Below are positions 39,001-49,053 of a stretch of DNA of 64,000 nucleotides, one piece after another; position 1 is the first letter of the stretch, and each line of letters begins with the position of its first letter. The notes under the pieces were generated by a model. That model worked only from the letters and a program-made list of their open reading frames with translations. It did no database searches and was not told the origin of the DNA. Made by a program: the position numbers and the translations under genes. Origin of the DNA: Antedon mediterranea (lineage: Eukaryota; Animalia; Echinodermata); NCBI RefSeq assembly GCF_964355755.1, contig NC_092677.1:27143175-27207174 (forward strand), in the 5' to 3' direction.

Positions 39001-42000
39001 GAATGATTAGGTATTAGAATCGGAGCTGTTGAATGTTCTAGAGAATGAGGGTAGTGGACACGATGATAAGGCCCATGCCAAGAGAGTGTTTCTGATTGTC
39101 GACGCCAAAGAAGAGGTCAGTAGAAAAACATGTGCTAGCTATTCCTGCAGAGTACAGTTAAAACAATTTTACGCAAGTCTTGGGTTATAGCTTCCTCTAC
39201 ATACTAAAGCTGATTTTCCACTAGGCAAAATTTGTTCACGCGAATCGAAAGCGTCAGCTTATATGCATGCGTAGAGTGGGATTTGGAAGATGTAAACATG
39301 GATACGCATGCGTAAAAGCTGACACTTTCGATTTGAACCAACAAATTCACTTAGTGGAAAATCGGCTTTGTTTTAAGTTTCAAAATTTTAAAAGAACCGG
39401 TAAAAGCAACATAAGTACATTTTTATTCCAAAAAAACTCTTGAAAACAAAGATTATAATTATTTATAAACATTTTGTGCAAATCTTGAGTTAGCTTCCTG
39501 TACGTACCTTTTAGTTTCAGAAATTTGTTTTTTTTAAATTGATACAAATCATTATGGCAATGACGTAAATACAAAAAAACTATTAATCAATTGTTCTTTG
39601 TTTAGATTTACCAAAAGTTACTAGAAACCGAAGATGTTCTTCAATCGTTAAACAAAATCTGTGACGAGCTGTCACCAATAGCCAAACGTGGTGCCATGCT
39701 GTTCTCTGTCATGTCCAGTCTGGAGGGTCTCAGGAGGGAATACCAGTTCTCTCTGCCATTCTTCTACTTGATGTTTGATAGAGCTGTAGGAGATGAGCCA
39801 CCACTCACTGACAATGACGATAAACATACCGAAGTAAGAGATCATTGTTGATCATTTTGTGTTTATAATTATCATGTTAAATTGAGTCCTCATAAAGCAT
39901 GTGTGACTAAAAATGCCCAACAATATGTAACACCTTCTACATGCAAAACATAATCTTGTAATAAGAATTTGTTTATGTATAGAGCATCTTGTGTATATGT
40001 TTGTCTTGTGAACCTCTAAGGGTCCCTAATGATCAGCAATAGCTGGATGGATCACCCTCATTAAATATGGTTTAAAAAAAAAAAAAAAAAACAACTAAAA
40101 ATCTAATTTTATGTTATTCCTACTGAATTATTGAAATTACATTGTTTATTATTTAGTAGTTTTTGATAATTTTATTATTTATGTTGCTTGTGTTTATCAT
40201 CATGTTATTGTATTGTACTATGGAGAAGCCTATACACTATGTTCTTTCTACCAAATTATTGAAATTAAACTGCTTTATTATTTAGTTGATGAGTGAGTAC
40301 AGCGGAAGGGCTGGTAGTAGAATGATGACAAGAGGACTTAGTGCTGGTACTAGATACTCAGAGAAGACACCAACACCCGGTGAGACTGGAACCACAGATG
40401 ATATAGAACCAACTGATAATGGTAACATGATGGGTTAATCCCATTTTCAAATAAATACTGTAGCATTAATATTAATAATAATAATTTATATAGCACACAT
40501 ATCCACTAACCTATAGGGTATAGATATGGATATAGCAGCACCTCATACAATATTCTCTTAATAGTATGTGTGTAGAGGTGTGTATGCAGCATAATTCTCT
40601 ATTTAAGAGTTGTGAAGTGAGAAAAGAGTAAAATACATACTGCCTTTCATCCAAAGTAGTTTAAAAAAGAATAAATTTACTTTCAGATATAATTGATGAC
40701 GACGATAAAGACCTGACCCTTCCCAAGGTTCCGACATTCCCGACAGCAGGAGTGGAATACACCAGCTTCTCTGCTAATCAAATCAAACAGTTGGTGGACG
40801 CCCTCACACAAACATTATTCCAACATGTTAGACAGTAAGTGATTTTAAATTGTATTGCTTGACTACAGTTTTGTGTAAAAAGAATGTGATGTGCCCATAT
40901 ATTGACATGATGATGTCATATCACTACCATATTTAAGCATATCATTACCATACAGTATTTGAGCACATCACACTTTTTTTGTAAAACTAGTTTGATAGTG
41001 TAGACAGAGCTTACATTTTCTTTCTTTTTACAATGACATCTGTATTCTAGACATTCATCATTGAAGGGAACAACTTTCAATTATTGCTTTCTAGTGATAA
41101 ATGAGTTTTCTGTTGGTTTTTACAGGTCTTTATATGAGGAACATCGACTTCTCTTTTCAACAATGATGTGCCTTAATATTCAGTTTGAGGGTGCTAATTA
41201 TTTCAGTGAAGAGGAACTAGCTCTTTTATTGCAAGGTAGTGTACTGTCTGCAGACTAATTTATATAAATATTATCATCATCATCTTGCAACCTCATCAGA
41301 GCAATTGTTGGCCAAAGTGTGCATAAGACTTGTTTATTTTTCTTTCTTCTAATGGGTATATAATATGTAATAAGAAATATAAGACCTGTTAATTTTAAAC
41401 ATTTCTCTGAATTTACACACCAATTATACTTTGCACAGGTAACCCAGGTTTTGGTGGAATGGAGTTAACCTTAAACGATTTTGACTGTAAAGCTAAGCCT
41501 CCTTCATTCCTACCTGAGGATAAGTGGGAAGACATGCTTGCCTTATCTGTGCTGCCTGGCCCCCTTGACAGTATGTGTGTGCACGTAGCTGAACACCCAG
41601 AGGCCTGGGAGGAATGGTATAAGCTTGCTACACCAGAAGATGAACCACTACCCATGAGACCAGAAACTGATGACACGCAAGGTAATCCTGATGTGTCCAT
41701 ATATGGACATGATAACATCATATCACTACCATATTTGGGTATATCACAGTTGTCACTAGTTTGATAGTGTAGGCAGAGCTTTAGTTTTAGCTTAGTATTT
41801 CATTTTATTTCCTCGCCCAACATCAATAATAGGATTAAGAAAAATGAAATATTATTATTGAAATGCGTCTTGTGTTGTAGCCAAACAAGATTCAGGGAAC
41901 AGTAGCAGTCCAGATCTTGGCCCTCTGACAGATTTCCACCAGCTTCTGTTAATTAGACTTCTTCGTCCAGACCGTCTACCGATCGTGATGGCTCGTTACA

Positions 42001-45000
42001 TCAGCAAGCACTTCACCAGCGTCAAGCCGTTCAAGTGTACTATTCCTGCTATATTGTCAAGCGCTACATTGTCACTCGGTGTTCTTATTTTAATGCCGCC
42101 CTCACCTAGCATGAACAACGAACATTTTCCAAGTTCATTGAAGATGAATAAGAGTCCAGTTGAGTTGCTCTGCTCTTATGCACAGGTTGGTTACTGCATT
42201 AGTCTACTAGAGTGTACTACTAGTTTGTTTTATACGTGTTTTGTTTTAATCTTATTATGAGTATCATTTTGCAAATAAAGAAAAGTAGTAACTAAGTAAA
42301 AATGTTGTTTTCAGCGGAAAGGCATCCATTTTAACTGCGTGATTGTTGGGGAAAATGCGGACACACAAATCTCAATGGCAGTTGACAATGCAGCTGATAA
42401 AGGAAGCTGGGTCATAGTTCAAGATATGCATTTGGCGTCTGATTATCTTATGATGCAACTTCATCAGCAGTTTGTTCGAATTGGAAATACTGGAGGTAAG
42501 ATTCTAAAAGCCTAGGTGTATTTACACTCAGTGGTAGATAGGGGATGCTACAAATAACCCAGATTTGTGTCACAGACTCTTACTAAAAGCTTATAGAAGA
42601 TGCCATTAGCGTGTGAAAAACGATAATTTATGTTGGGTGCAAATTGAAATTATGCTTGGAAAATGATCACACAGTTGTTTTTTATTGTGACTTTTATATA
42701 TCTCTTTATTTTTATGTATGTTTGATTGCAAGCGCTTCTAATTTCTTTGGATTTATTAATTTAATAATTTCTCTACAGGACCATTGGGCCTTAACAGAAT
42801 TGACAAAGAACATACAGGCTTCTGTATCTGGATGACAAGTGAGCCTAATTGCCCTGGCCTAGCCGATACCTTCATCCAGTCATTGCGTGTTGTAGCCTGG
42901 GACATGATTGAGGAAAGTGTAGCGCATGCTGGTGATGGTAGCCTAGAAGTAGAACAACCATTTCAGTCTAGTAGTATCAACGATTCTCTTAAGCTAGGTA
43001 TTGTTTAAATTCTAATTAAATTTTATTTTATTATTTAAACATTTGTTTAGAGATAATTCTTAATAATTCTATATTTTGTATTTGTACTTTTTATTGTAAG
43101 CTGATGTAATCAATCTCCTTCTCTTTTTGCCCCATGAGGGATGAATAAAGATATACAGTAAACTGATACTGAAAACATAAACACAATGAAAGCATTATTT
43201 TGGGTCTAAGGGCGCGTTTATACAACACGCTATTACACGCATATTTAACACGCCTACGAAAAGTGTGTTGTATAACATCGAAGAGATTCCGTGTAATGAG
43301 ATTTTAATTGCAAAAAAGGCTACTTGGCTGAATCCTAAAATTTTGTGGATTCCCGGTTGCGATTGGCGTGTTGGAAGGGTATTGTTTTGACCTCTCGAAT
43401 TTCAAAAGCAGATTTAAAAAATCAATAATTGAATAAACTAAATTTTAAACGAAATCATCCTTTATTAAAATCTTAATATAAACTCATATTAATTCATAAT
43501 GCATGCAAGTATATATACAACTTAGGATTATGAACTACAGTATAACACGGTATTACGATTTCATGTGTAACTGCAAGGTTTTTGTGGGGTTGACCTCGGC
43601 CCGTGCAACACGCTAAAAATTAAAGACCGATTCAACTTTAGGGTGTTGTATAAACACAGCCTTACCTAGAAGTGGATAAAATAATACAGTAGTTAACATG
43701 TTGTACTCTCTGTTGCTAAGAAAAAAGAAAGCTCACTATATTAAAATGATTATTTACTTGTTGTTTTCTTTAGCTGTCATATCAGCTGTTAACAGCATTC
43801 ATCCTAGCAATATAAGCAAAGTGCGAGACCTCTCTCCTGTCCTACGTAACACAGTGTACGGTGTGTGCGTCATCCATGGGATGCTTATTGCGCGTCAGAT
43901 CTTTGGTAGCCGAGGCATGTCTCAATGGTATCTGCTTGATGAGGTGGTCATTAATGAAGCTGTTCAGGTCATTTTACAAGCTGTATCAGAGAGGGAGCCC
44001 TCCATATCTGTTCTCCACCATTTACTGACTGAGGTAATTATTATTTTTAGTGTTTTATTAGTTAATGTGTTAAGTGTCTATAAGTTATCAATAGCTGATA
44101 CAGTATTTCAAAATTATTGTTTTCATGAGTATCAGTGATAAGTGATCTTTCAGAATTCTGTTGATTTAAATCTATTAAATAATTGTGTTTAGATTGTGTA
44201 TGGTAATATCATCACAAATGAATGGGACAAGCGTTACTTAGCAACACTAATTATGCACATTTTGAAAGCCACTATGAGCCAATCAGGTTCCATCCAGCTT
44301 GGTACATTCAATCTACCTACTCCCCCTGCTAATGTTGATGTCAGTGACTTTGGAACATGGGCATCAAAGAAGTTGCCAGATGGAGGAAGTACAGTAATGA
44401 CACTGTGTTTGGATGATGCTGTTAAGAAACAAGTTAACCAAATAAGGTAATTATAGTTGAAACTATTAGCTAAAACTGTTTGTTTGACTCAATTAAAATT
44501 AATTTAAAAACACATTTATATTGAAAATTTCAGGATACAATGCGCTCATCTTTTTAGAATTGGTGCTATAAAAAGTTTGATTATTATTATGATTATTATT
44601 ATGTTTGTTTGTGACTGAAAGGGCCTAATATTAGTAGTAAGAAGTGACAATAAAAACAGTAACACATATGAGCACTCACTGGCTAAAACCAAGTGCTCCA
44701 GAGCATGAGCCCAATGCAATTCACCAGCGTTAAAGGGCCTCTTAGGAGTGTTAAACCAGGAGCCTTTGCCCTTTGCATTCACCAGCGTTAAAGGGCCTCT
44801 TAGGAGTGTTAAACCAGGAGCCTTTGCCCTTTGCAATTCACCAGCGTTAAAGGGCCCCTTAGGAGTGTTAAACCAGGAGCCTTTGCCCTTTGCAATTGAC
44901 CAGCGTTAAAGGGCCCCTTATGAGTGTTAAACCAGGAGCCTTTGCCCTTTGCAATTCACCAGCGTTAAAGGGCCCCTTATGAGTGTTAAACCAGGAGCCT

Positions 45001-48000
45001 TTGCCCTTTGCAATTCACCAGCGTTAAAGGGCCTCTTAGGAGTGTTAAACCAGGAGCCTTTGCCCTTTGCATTCACCACTGGATAGAAATGTATTTATTT
45101 CTTTTGTTTTGTAGTGGCAAAGAACTGTTAAAATCCCTTGACACTCTCTATGAACTTCAACATACACCAGTCACCGGTAACATAACACAGCTTCATACAA
45201 ACTTGAACATGACAAGGCTGCAGTATGCTATGACCATGGTTGTGGAGCAGCTTCCAGTGTTGCTAGAGCTAGGCGAGCTGCCATTGCATATCGTAAACCA
45301 AGCAGAGCACTACTCGTTCCCGTATCATGCGCCCTCGCTCATGAGTCTGCTGAGTATGGCTAGTGTCGAGATGCCGCAATCCGTTGGATTTGTTCTACTT
45401 CAGGTAAAGAATAACTTATAGTTTATTTGTTTTTAGTTCCAGAATTGTAATTGTTTGAAATTATTTATATTGTTTTTTCTCTCAGCCTGTTAGTGGAAAA
45501 TCTTAATCTCTATTGGCTGTGAATTGAGTAAAAGAGAAATATATTTCTATATCTTTTACAGGAATGTCATTGGATGAACTCATTGGTGTGCCACATCAGA
45601 CAAACCCTCCATGAGCTTTACCAGCATGTTCTGGGTGGTCAGCATGCCATTCCTGAGGAGTTAAAGTCTACAGCAGCTGCTCTTCAGCAGGAGCATGTGC
45701 CGTTGTCATGGTTACATCCAAACAGACAGCCTACTGATCACACACTTATCACATGGCTTCAAGGCAGGTTCTTTTGAATTTGTAAACCGTAGATTGAGGA
45801 CACCCCAAACAGTTTGTTGTTTCCTAATAGATGTTGTTCTGCACGTTAATGTGTTTGGCAACCTGTTAAGCTAATGTACAGTATGAAAGCAGCTTTCATT
45901 CTATAACAACAAGCTATGGAGAGATTGAAGTGGTGAAGAGGGCTTGTTTTTAATCTAAACACCTCATGTGATGTTTTCTTTATGCCTGTCATTTGTATTC
46001 TTCTGAGACTCTAACAATTTGTCTTTTTCTGTAGATTTATTGAAGCGACATGGCCAACTAAAGTCTTGGGTAAAAGAAGGGAAGGTACCGACACGAAGCA
46101 GAAACATAGAGTTTCCACATGGTCACTTGATGTCAGTGTGGATGGGAGGCCTGGTCAATCCAATGGCGGTCATTACTGCTCTGTGTCATGAAAAGGCAGT
46201 TCTGCATGGTGGTCTCTTAACTGATGTAAAACTTATTGGATGTTTTGTTCGTTTTTAACTCCTTTTTTGTAGCTTTTGTGTGTAAATTGTACTTCAATCC
46301 GATCTCCCACAGATCTATGTATTATAGTTGATTTTAAAAACTGCATTAGCTTCCGCAAATTTCATTACTATCAGTTTATTTAGATTTCTTAAAATTCCTA
46401 AATCATTATCTTTAACAGGTTTGCCTTAACTGCAAAGTATCTACTTCCTTCGATGCTGACACCTTTGACATCTCACACGAGGGCGGTATGTACCTACAAG
46501 GCCTCTACATTGAGGGTGCATCATGGGATATTGAAAACAAGTGTTTAGATAACGCCAAGTAAGAAAATACTTTTAAAGACATGTTACAATCAGTTAAGAA
46601 TATTTCTACTAGGCCTACAAATAGATTTCACTTTTGTTTGAGTTTCTGAACAAGTGATATTTACCTTTATTTAGGACGGCATTGTCACCAATGCCTAGTG
46701 TATACATCCATCCTATGTTGAAAGGTGAACAGACTGATAACGAGGAGGAAGGTTATGGCATCTATGACTGTCCGGTCTTTATGAACAAATCTCGACAGTT
46801 GTGTACATTTACACTCAATTTGAGATGTCCAGAACCAGTGGAGCAATGGATCTTGGCGGGAACTGGTCTTCTATTGGACCCAGGTTAGTTGAAATGTGTA
46901 TTTTATTACTTTACTTAATATATCTTGTAACTGAACCAGAGATGGACCGAAAATGCAATCCTGTCAAATGAAAGAATAAACATGGTGTGTACAAGTTCCT
47001 TATATTTTTGAACCAAAGTCTTTTAACCTGTCAAAATTGTAATGAGGTATCCTGTTGTGAAATGTGTACACAAACACAGCAGGGTCCTTGGGACTGCTAT
47101 ACACTTTACAGTAGTACAGTTTCTAGGTGGCCTCCTCATCAGGGTATGACTGGAAATTTATCTAAGGGGCTTGTACACGTAATGATACGATAACTTATAA
47201 TTTTTATTATTATTTTAATAGGAATCCCTGAGGGAGGCATAAAGAAGTCTTCTCAGTTTAAAGCTGCTAAAAGAGAAGCAATTGATGAACATGGTGAGGT
47301 ACCAGAAACTGCATCGTCTACTGCCGCCAGACAAGCAGAAGAAGAAGAGGCTTCTGACCAAGTGAATGATATTGAAACAGGTGGTCAGCGAGAATCTCTT
47401 TCACGCCGCTCCGTCATGTCACGACAGTCGCTACGAAGCTACAGTGGCCAGAAGAAGCTTACCCTTGAGATAGCTGAAGAAAAGGAAGAAGAGAATGATG
47501 ACTTGAAGTTGACTGCACGCTCAGAGCAGTTGGATATAGAGCGCCACCAAACAACAGAGTTTGATTATCGTATGCCGACCAAGTTAACAGAGAAGCAAGT
47601 TTCCCAACTAAATGATAACCAGAATGCTAGTAGGCATTCAAGTGCCGGGTCATCCGCTAGTTTACTTTCATCAAATGCTGATAGAAATGAAATTGAAAAA
47701 GAAATGTATAAGATAGCAGAAAGTGATAAAGTTAACCAAGAGTATGACGATGAGGATGGATTTGAAGGTGATGGATCACAGAGGTCATCGACATCATCGA
47801 GTCAACATTCTTGGAGTAGTGTTGACAGTAGGATTAGTTATACCGGGCAGTCGGAGAAGAAAGATAAAAACAAATCAGGTAACGAGAATGAGTCTCCAAA
47901 TCCTCCTAAAGATGAACAAGATGGCAACGTTTTATCATCAAAGATATCTGAAAAATCTGTAGACGGTAAATTAGAGTCTGTGAAGTCTTCTAATAAAGAT

Positions 48001-49053
48001 CCAGATGAAAGCTCAACAACGCATCCGATAGAGGAAGATAAATTGGAAAATGGTAGTGAATTGGTGTCTGTAGAAACAAAAGAAGATGGTGCAATAATGA
48101 AAACTGATGACACATCCAGATGGGAAAACGAGAAAAACTTAGAGGATAAAGCTAATGAAAGTGACAAAAATGGAGTTGTTGATGATGAAGAACATGTTGA
48201 AAGCACAGAAGAGGTGATGTCAGATGCTAAACAAAAATTACATGAAGATCCATCTCAAGTCAAAAAGAACATGGCGGTAGTTGCTAATGAAAATAAGGAA
48301 ACGGCAAATGGCGGTGAGTCTTTGACAAATGGAAGCACTGATAAGGAAAACAAACATTCTCTGTCTAAAAGCTCAGTAAGAACTGATGATGAGGACAAGT
48401 CAGAGAAAATGAAGTCTTCGTCAGCTCACGGAAGCCAAAGATCACTTTCATCAAAGTCAACTAACAAAGAACAACCAAAAAATCAGATAAACGACTCAAA
48501 GATATCTGTTAATGTCGGAGTAAATGATGATAAAAAAGAAAATGCACGTCGCATCACGTCACAGCAGTCAAGAGCGTCTCTCAAGTCTGCGGAGCTGGCT
48601 TACAGCGACACTGTTCCAATAGAAAAGAAGACTACAAAAGAATTGAACTCGCGTAAAAACTTACAATCGGGAAAATCTCAGAAGAGTGTTACTTCTCACA
48701 AATCTGCACAGAGTGTTTACTCCCAGAAGTCTGTGAAATCTGCTTCTAAAAGTAGGACAGGTTCATCTCAGATGTCTTCTGCCAAATCTGGAAGATCACG
48801 TGAAGGTAGCGGCCAAACCTCCAAGCCAACAACTAAGCCTCACGTAAAGAGTGCATCAAGAAGTATTAAATCAAATATTGAAGAGTCACAGAAAAATGCG
48901 ACACAGAAAGGTTCACAGCAGAGTGTCAAAGGTCAAGGGTCAATTGGTAATGTAAGGTCAAATCTAAAGAAAGATGATGTACAGTTAGAAGATGATGAGT
49001 TATCAGGTACAGAAGATTACCAAATAACTCCCAAAGAAGAACCACAATATTAG
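64..49053 (+). CDS. Divergent axonemal dynein heavy chain-like gene (outer-arm beta/DNAH9-11-17-like architecture), about 90 exons, 5' end upstream of window, AAA1 degenerate
   Basis: Phase-compatible GT-AG exons such as 64-304, 975-1097, 1345-1470, 2398-2619, 2895-3043 ... 46675-46883, 47222-49053. They encode dynein motifs in the correct order: GTITLPLP..VIHVLESSVIGWIKQIR (N1), AMRTRHWKQL, WLEVQVKWVELEEVF, LEKRRQKFPRFYFLS (linker), FEWRAQLRY, FEYGFEYMG, AAA1-6, stalk/MTBD, GLYIEGASWD, YDCPVFMNKSR, WILAGTGLLL (C-terminus). Confidence 0.93.
491..907. mobile_element. Unclassified non-autonomous TIR element (MITE)
   Basis: Ends CTATAGAGTATCACG..GCTGACGTCAC and GTGACGTCACAGCGTGATACTCTATAG are inverted repeats, extending imperfectly inward for about 80 bp. 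Confidence 0.7.
1550..2089. repeat. 9-bp minisatellite (TATCCCTTA / TATCCCTTG / TATCCATTA), about 60 copies
   Basis: Directly visible; it explains the YPL/ISL/IPY/DIR repeat ORFs. Confidence 0.97.
2166..2298. mobile_element. MITE family A copy (PIF/Harbinger-like)
   Basis: TIR AGCTCTGTC(T/C)ACACTATCAAACT; TWA flanks. Confidence 0.8.
3257..3615 (+). mobile_element. tRNA-derived SINE with L2-like 3' tail; partial related copy at about 1195-1327 (-)
   Basis: A-box TGGCGCAGTG, B-box GGTTTGAATCC, core GGCAAGATACTTTAC..CCCAGGTGTATAAATGGGTACC, tail TGTAAAGCGC..GCGCTATATAAAT plus (TATTATTA)n. Confidence 0.8.
3925..4240 (-). mobile_element. tRNA-derived SINE with Deu/Nin-like central domain
   Basis: Reverse strand has a tRNA-like head (GGTTCGAGGC), TCGGATAA..TAAACCGTAGG..GCACTTTAAAGAA..GAGTAGGGGGTTACCCCGGTG and a (CAAT)n tail. 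Second copy at 36330-36540 (+). Confidence 0.72.
4509..4658. mobile_element. MITE family A copy (representative; about 17 copies in window)
   Basis: TIR AGCTCTGTCTACACTATCAAACT, internal 21-bp subrepeat GATATGCCCAAATATGGTAGT, TAA/TTA flanks. Additional partial or degraded copies at about 7815-7972, 11036-11157, 15920-16061, 17902-18046, 18866-18991, 27352-27420, 40858-41011, 41689-41781 and 51973-52106. Confidence 0.85.
8259..8456. mobile_element. Degraded Harbinger-like MITE
   Basis: AGGGGCTTTCATA(C)..GTGAAAGACCCTT imperfect TIRs with internal inverted segments (CAGGCGC..CCAAATCAAAT versus ATTTGCTGGCGCCT). Confidence 0.55.
11520..11690. mobile_element. Degraded pogo/Tigger-like MITE fragment; related copy at about 24670-24801 (opposite strand)
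   Basis: Shared terminus (C)AGTCAACTCT(A/T)CCAATACC(G/A)GACTCT. Confidence 0.5.
11713..11872. mobile_element. MITE family B (Harbinger-like), TTA TSD
   Basis: TTA|AGCTTGGTTCCCACTAG...CTAGTGGGAACCACGCT|TTA; about 19-bp internal deletion relative to the other copies. Confidence 0.85.
12658..12789. mobile_element. MITE family A copy
   Basis: Both TIRs present, TAA/TTA flanks. Confidence 0.8.
12918..13081. repeat. 53-bp tandem repeat, 3 copies, beginning inside a splice donor
   Basis: Unit TAAGTGTTACCAACTAAGCACTGACTACTGCTATTACAATCATTAATTTAACT. Confidence 0.92.
13417..13528. mobile_element. MITE family A copy (internally deleted)
   Basis: AGCTCTGTCTACAC...ACAGAGCT|TAA. Confidence 0.75.
13830..14596. 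repeat. 54-bp minisatellite, about 14 near-identical copies
   Basis: Unit CTAGAACCAACCTTAAATCTTACCTAAGGGCTTC(T/C)TTGCTCAGGCACCAGAGAT; intronic. Confidence 0.97.
16934..17112. mobile_element. MITE family B, 179 bp, TTA TSD
   Basis: Near-identical reverse complement of 62109-62287. Older diverged relatives at about 9892-10061 and 33716-33842. Confidence 0.88.
20507..20664. repeat. 39-bp tandem repeat, 4 copies
   Basis: Unit ATGTCATTGTTATTTAGAGCAGCAGCCATTATTCCTGTG. Confidence 0.95.
21215..21376. mobile_element. MITE family A copy with TAA target-site duplication
   Basis: TAA|AGCTCT...AGAGCT|TAA. Confidence 0.85.
22510..22659. mobile_element. MITE family A copy
   Basis: TIRs plus 21-bp subrepeats. 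Confidence 0.78.
24089..24170 (+). pseudogene. 5S rRNA-derived sequence (pseudogene or head of a SINE3-type element)
   Basis: TACCACGTTGAAACACTGGTTCTCGTC..TCACCGAAGTTAAGCAACGTTGGGCCTGGTTAG..GAGACC..GGGTGCTGTA follows the invertebrate 5S consensus, with internal deletions that remove most of box C. Confidence 0.8.
27006..27180 (+). mobile_element. Degraded tRNA-derived SINE; relatives at about 30862-31040 and 39972-40085
   Basis: GTGGCTTGATGGTTA..CCAATCCAAGGGTCCTGGTTCAAGCC head; shared TAGAGCATCTTG..TGTTTGTCTTGTGAAC body. Confidence 0.55.
31344..31529. mobile_element. MITE family E; shorter relative at about 10560-10706
   Basis: TAAGGTTT(A/T)TCGCAAATAG ... CTATTTGCGATAAACCTTA inverted ends shared by both copies. 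Confidence 0.65.
31564..34122 (+). other. Dynein stalk coiled coil and microtubule-binding domain
   Basis: INSLQELRAMQKPD..DLTWSKGAKRQMANLERFLEELASFD..SSAAASLCRWVRGVVRYH..VKPL, followed by SLAAAFVTYLGPYDFNIR. Confidence 0.88.
34189..34342. mobile_element. MITE family A copy
   Basis: TAA flanks on both sides; TIRs present. Confidence 0.8.
35350..35580. mobile_element. MITE family A copy with expanded internal 21-bp subrepeats
   Basis: About five GATATGCCCAAATATGGTAGT-like units between the TIRs. Confidence 0.78.
36330..36540 (+). mobile_element. Truncated copy of the Deu/Nin-like SINE
   Basis: Colinear with the reverse complement of 4030-4240. Confidence 0.7.
37092..37663. repeat. 92-93-bp tandem repeat, about 6 copies
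   Basis: Unit begins CATGCACAAAATATAACATAAACAATT. Confidence 0.95.
39208..39368. mobile_element. Harbinger-like MITE
   Basis: AGCTGATTTTCCACTAG ... TTAGTGGAAAATCGGCT inverted ends with an internal palindrome. Confidence 0.65.
43209..43662. mobile_element. Harbinger-like non-autonomous element
   Basis: AGGGCGCGTTTATACAACAC ... GTGTTGTATAAACACAGCCT inverted ends. Confidence 0.6.
44715..45078. repeat. 59-bp tandem repeat, about 6 copies
   Basis: Unit TGCAATTCACCAGCGTTAAAGGGCC(T/C)CTTA(G/T)GAGTGTTAAACCAGGAGCCTTTGCCCTT. Confidence 0.95.
45764..46034 (+). other. GC-AG intron in the dynein gene
   Basis: Only CAA G|GCAGGT joined to AT TTA TTG keeps the frame (WLQDLLKR). The nearby GT at 45768 would frameshift. 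Confidence 0.8.
47222..49053 (+). CDS. Terminal exon encoding a ~610-aa low-complexity C-terminal extension of the dynein-like protein
   Basis: Acceptor ttaatag|GA ATC is phase-compatible with the donor CCA G|gttagt at 46883 and in frame with the 563-aa ORF 47362-49053. The sequence is acidic first, then Ser/Lys-rich. AATAAA at 49192-49197. Confidence 0.8.

Larger units (their letters stand above)
35805..46883 (+). other. Dynein AAA5, AAA6 and C-terminal domain coding region
   Basis: IENAAI..WQRPPFLVDP, TTIINYN, LSPIAKRGAMLF, EYQFSLPFF, SLYEEHRLLFS, LLLIRLLRPDRL, GSWVIVQDMHLA, YGNIITNEWDKRYL, VLLQECHWMN, VWMGGLVNP, WILAGTGLLLDP. Confidence 0.85.

Noticed and set aside
47723-48206. Overlapping alternate-frame and antisense ORFs in the last dynein exon (and similar ones within PSMC4)
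   Set aside because: Expected shadows of biased coding sequence, with no independent splice or homology support.
64-49053. Dynein gene as a decayed pseudogene
   Set aside because: No frameshift or premature stop was found in the exons traced, splice sites are intact throughout, and motif loss is concentrated at catalytic residues.
47362-49053. Independent single-exon 563-aa gene
   Set aside because: The ORF call starts at GTG, the frame extends upstream to a phase-compatible acceptor at 47222, and no promoter is evident; it is better explained as the dynein's last exon.
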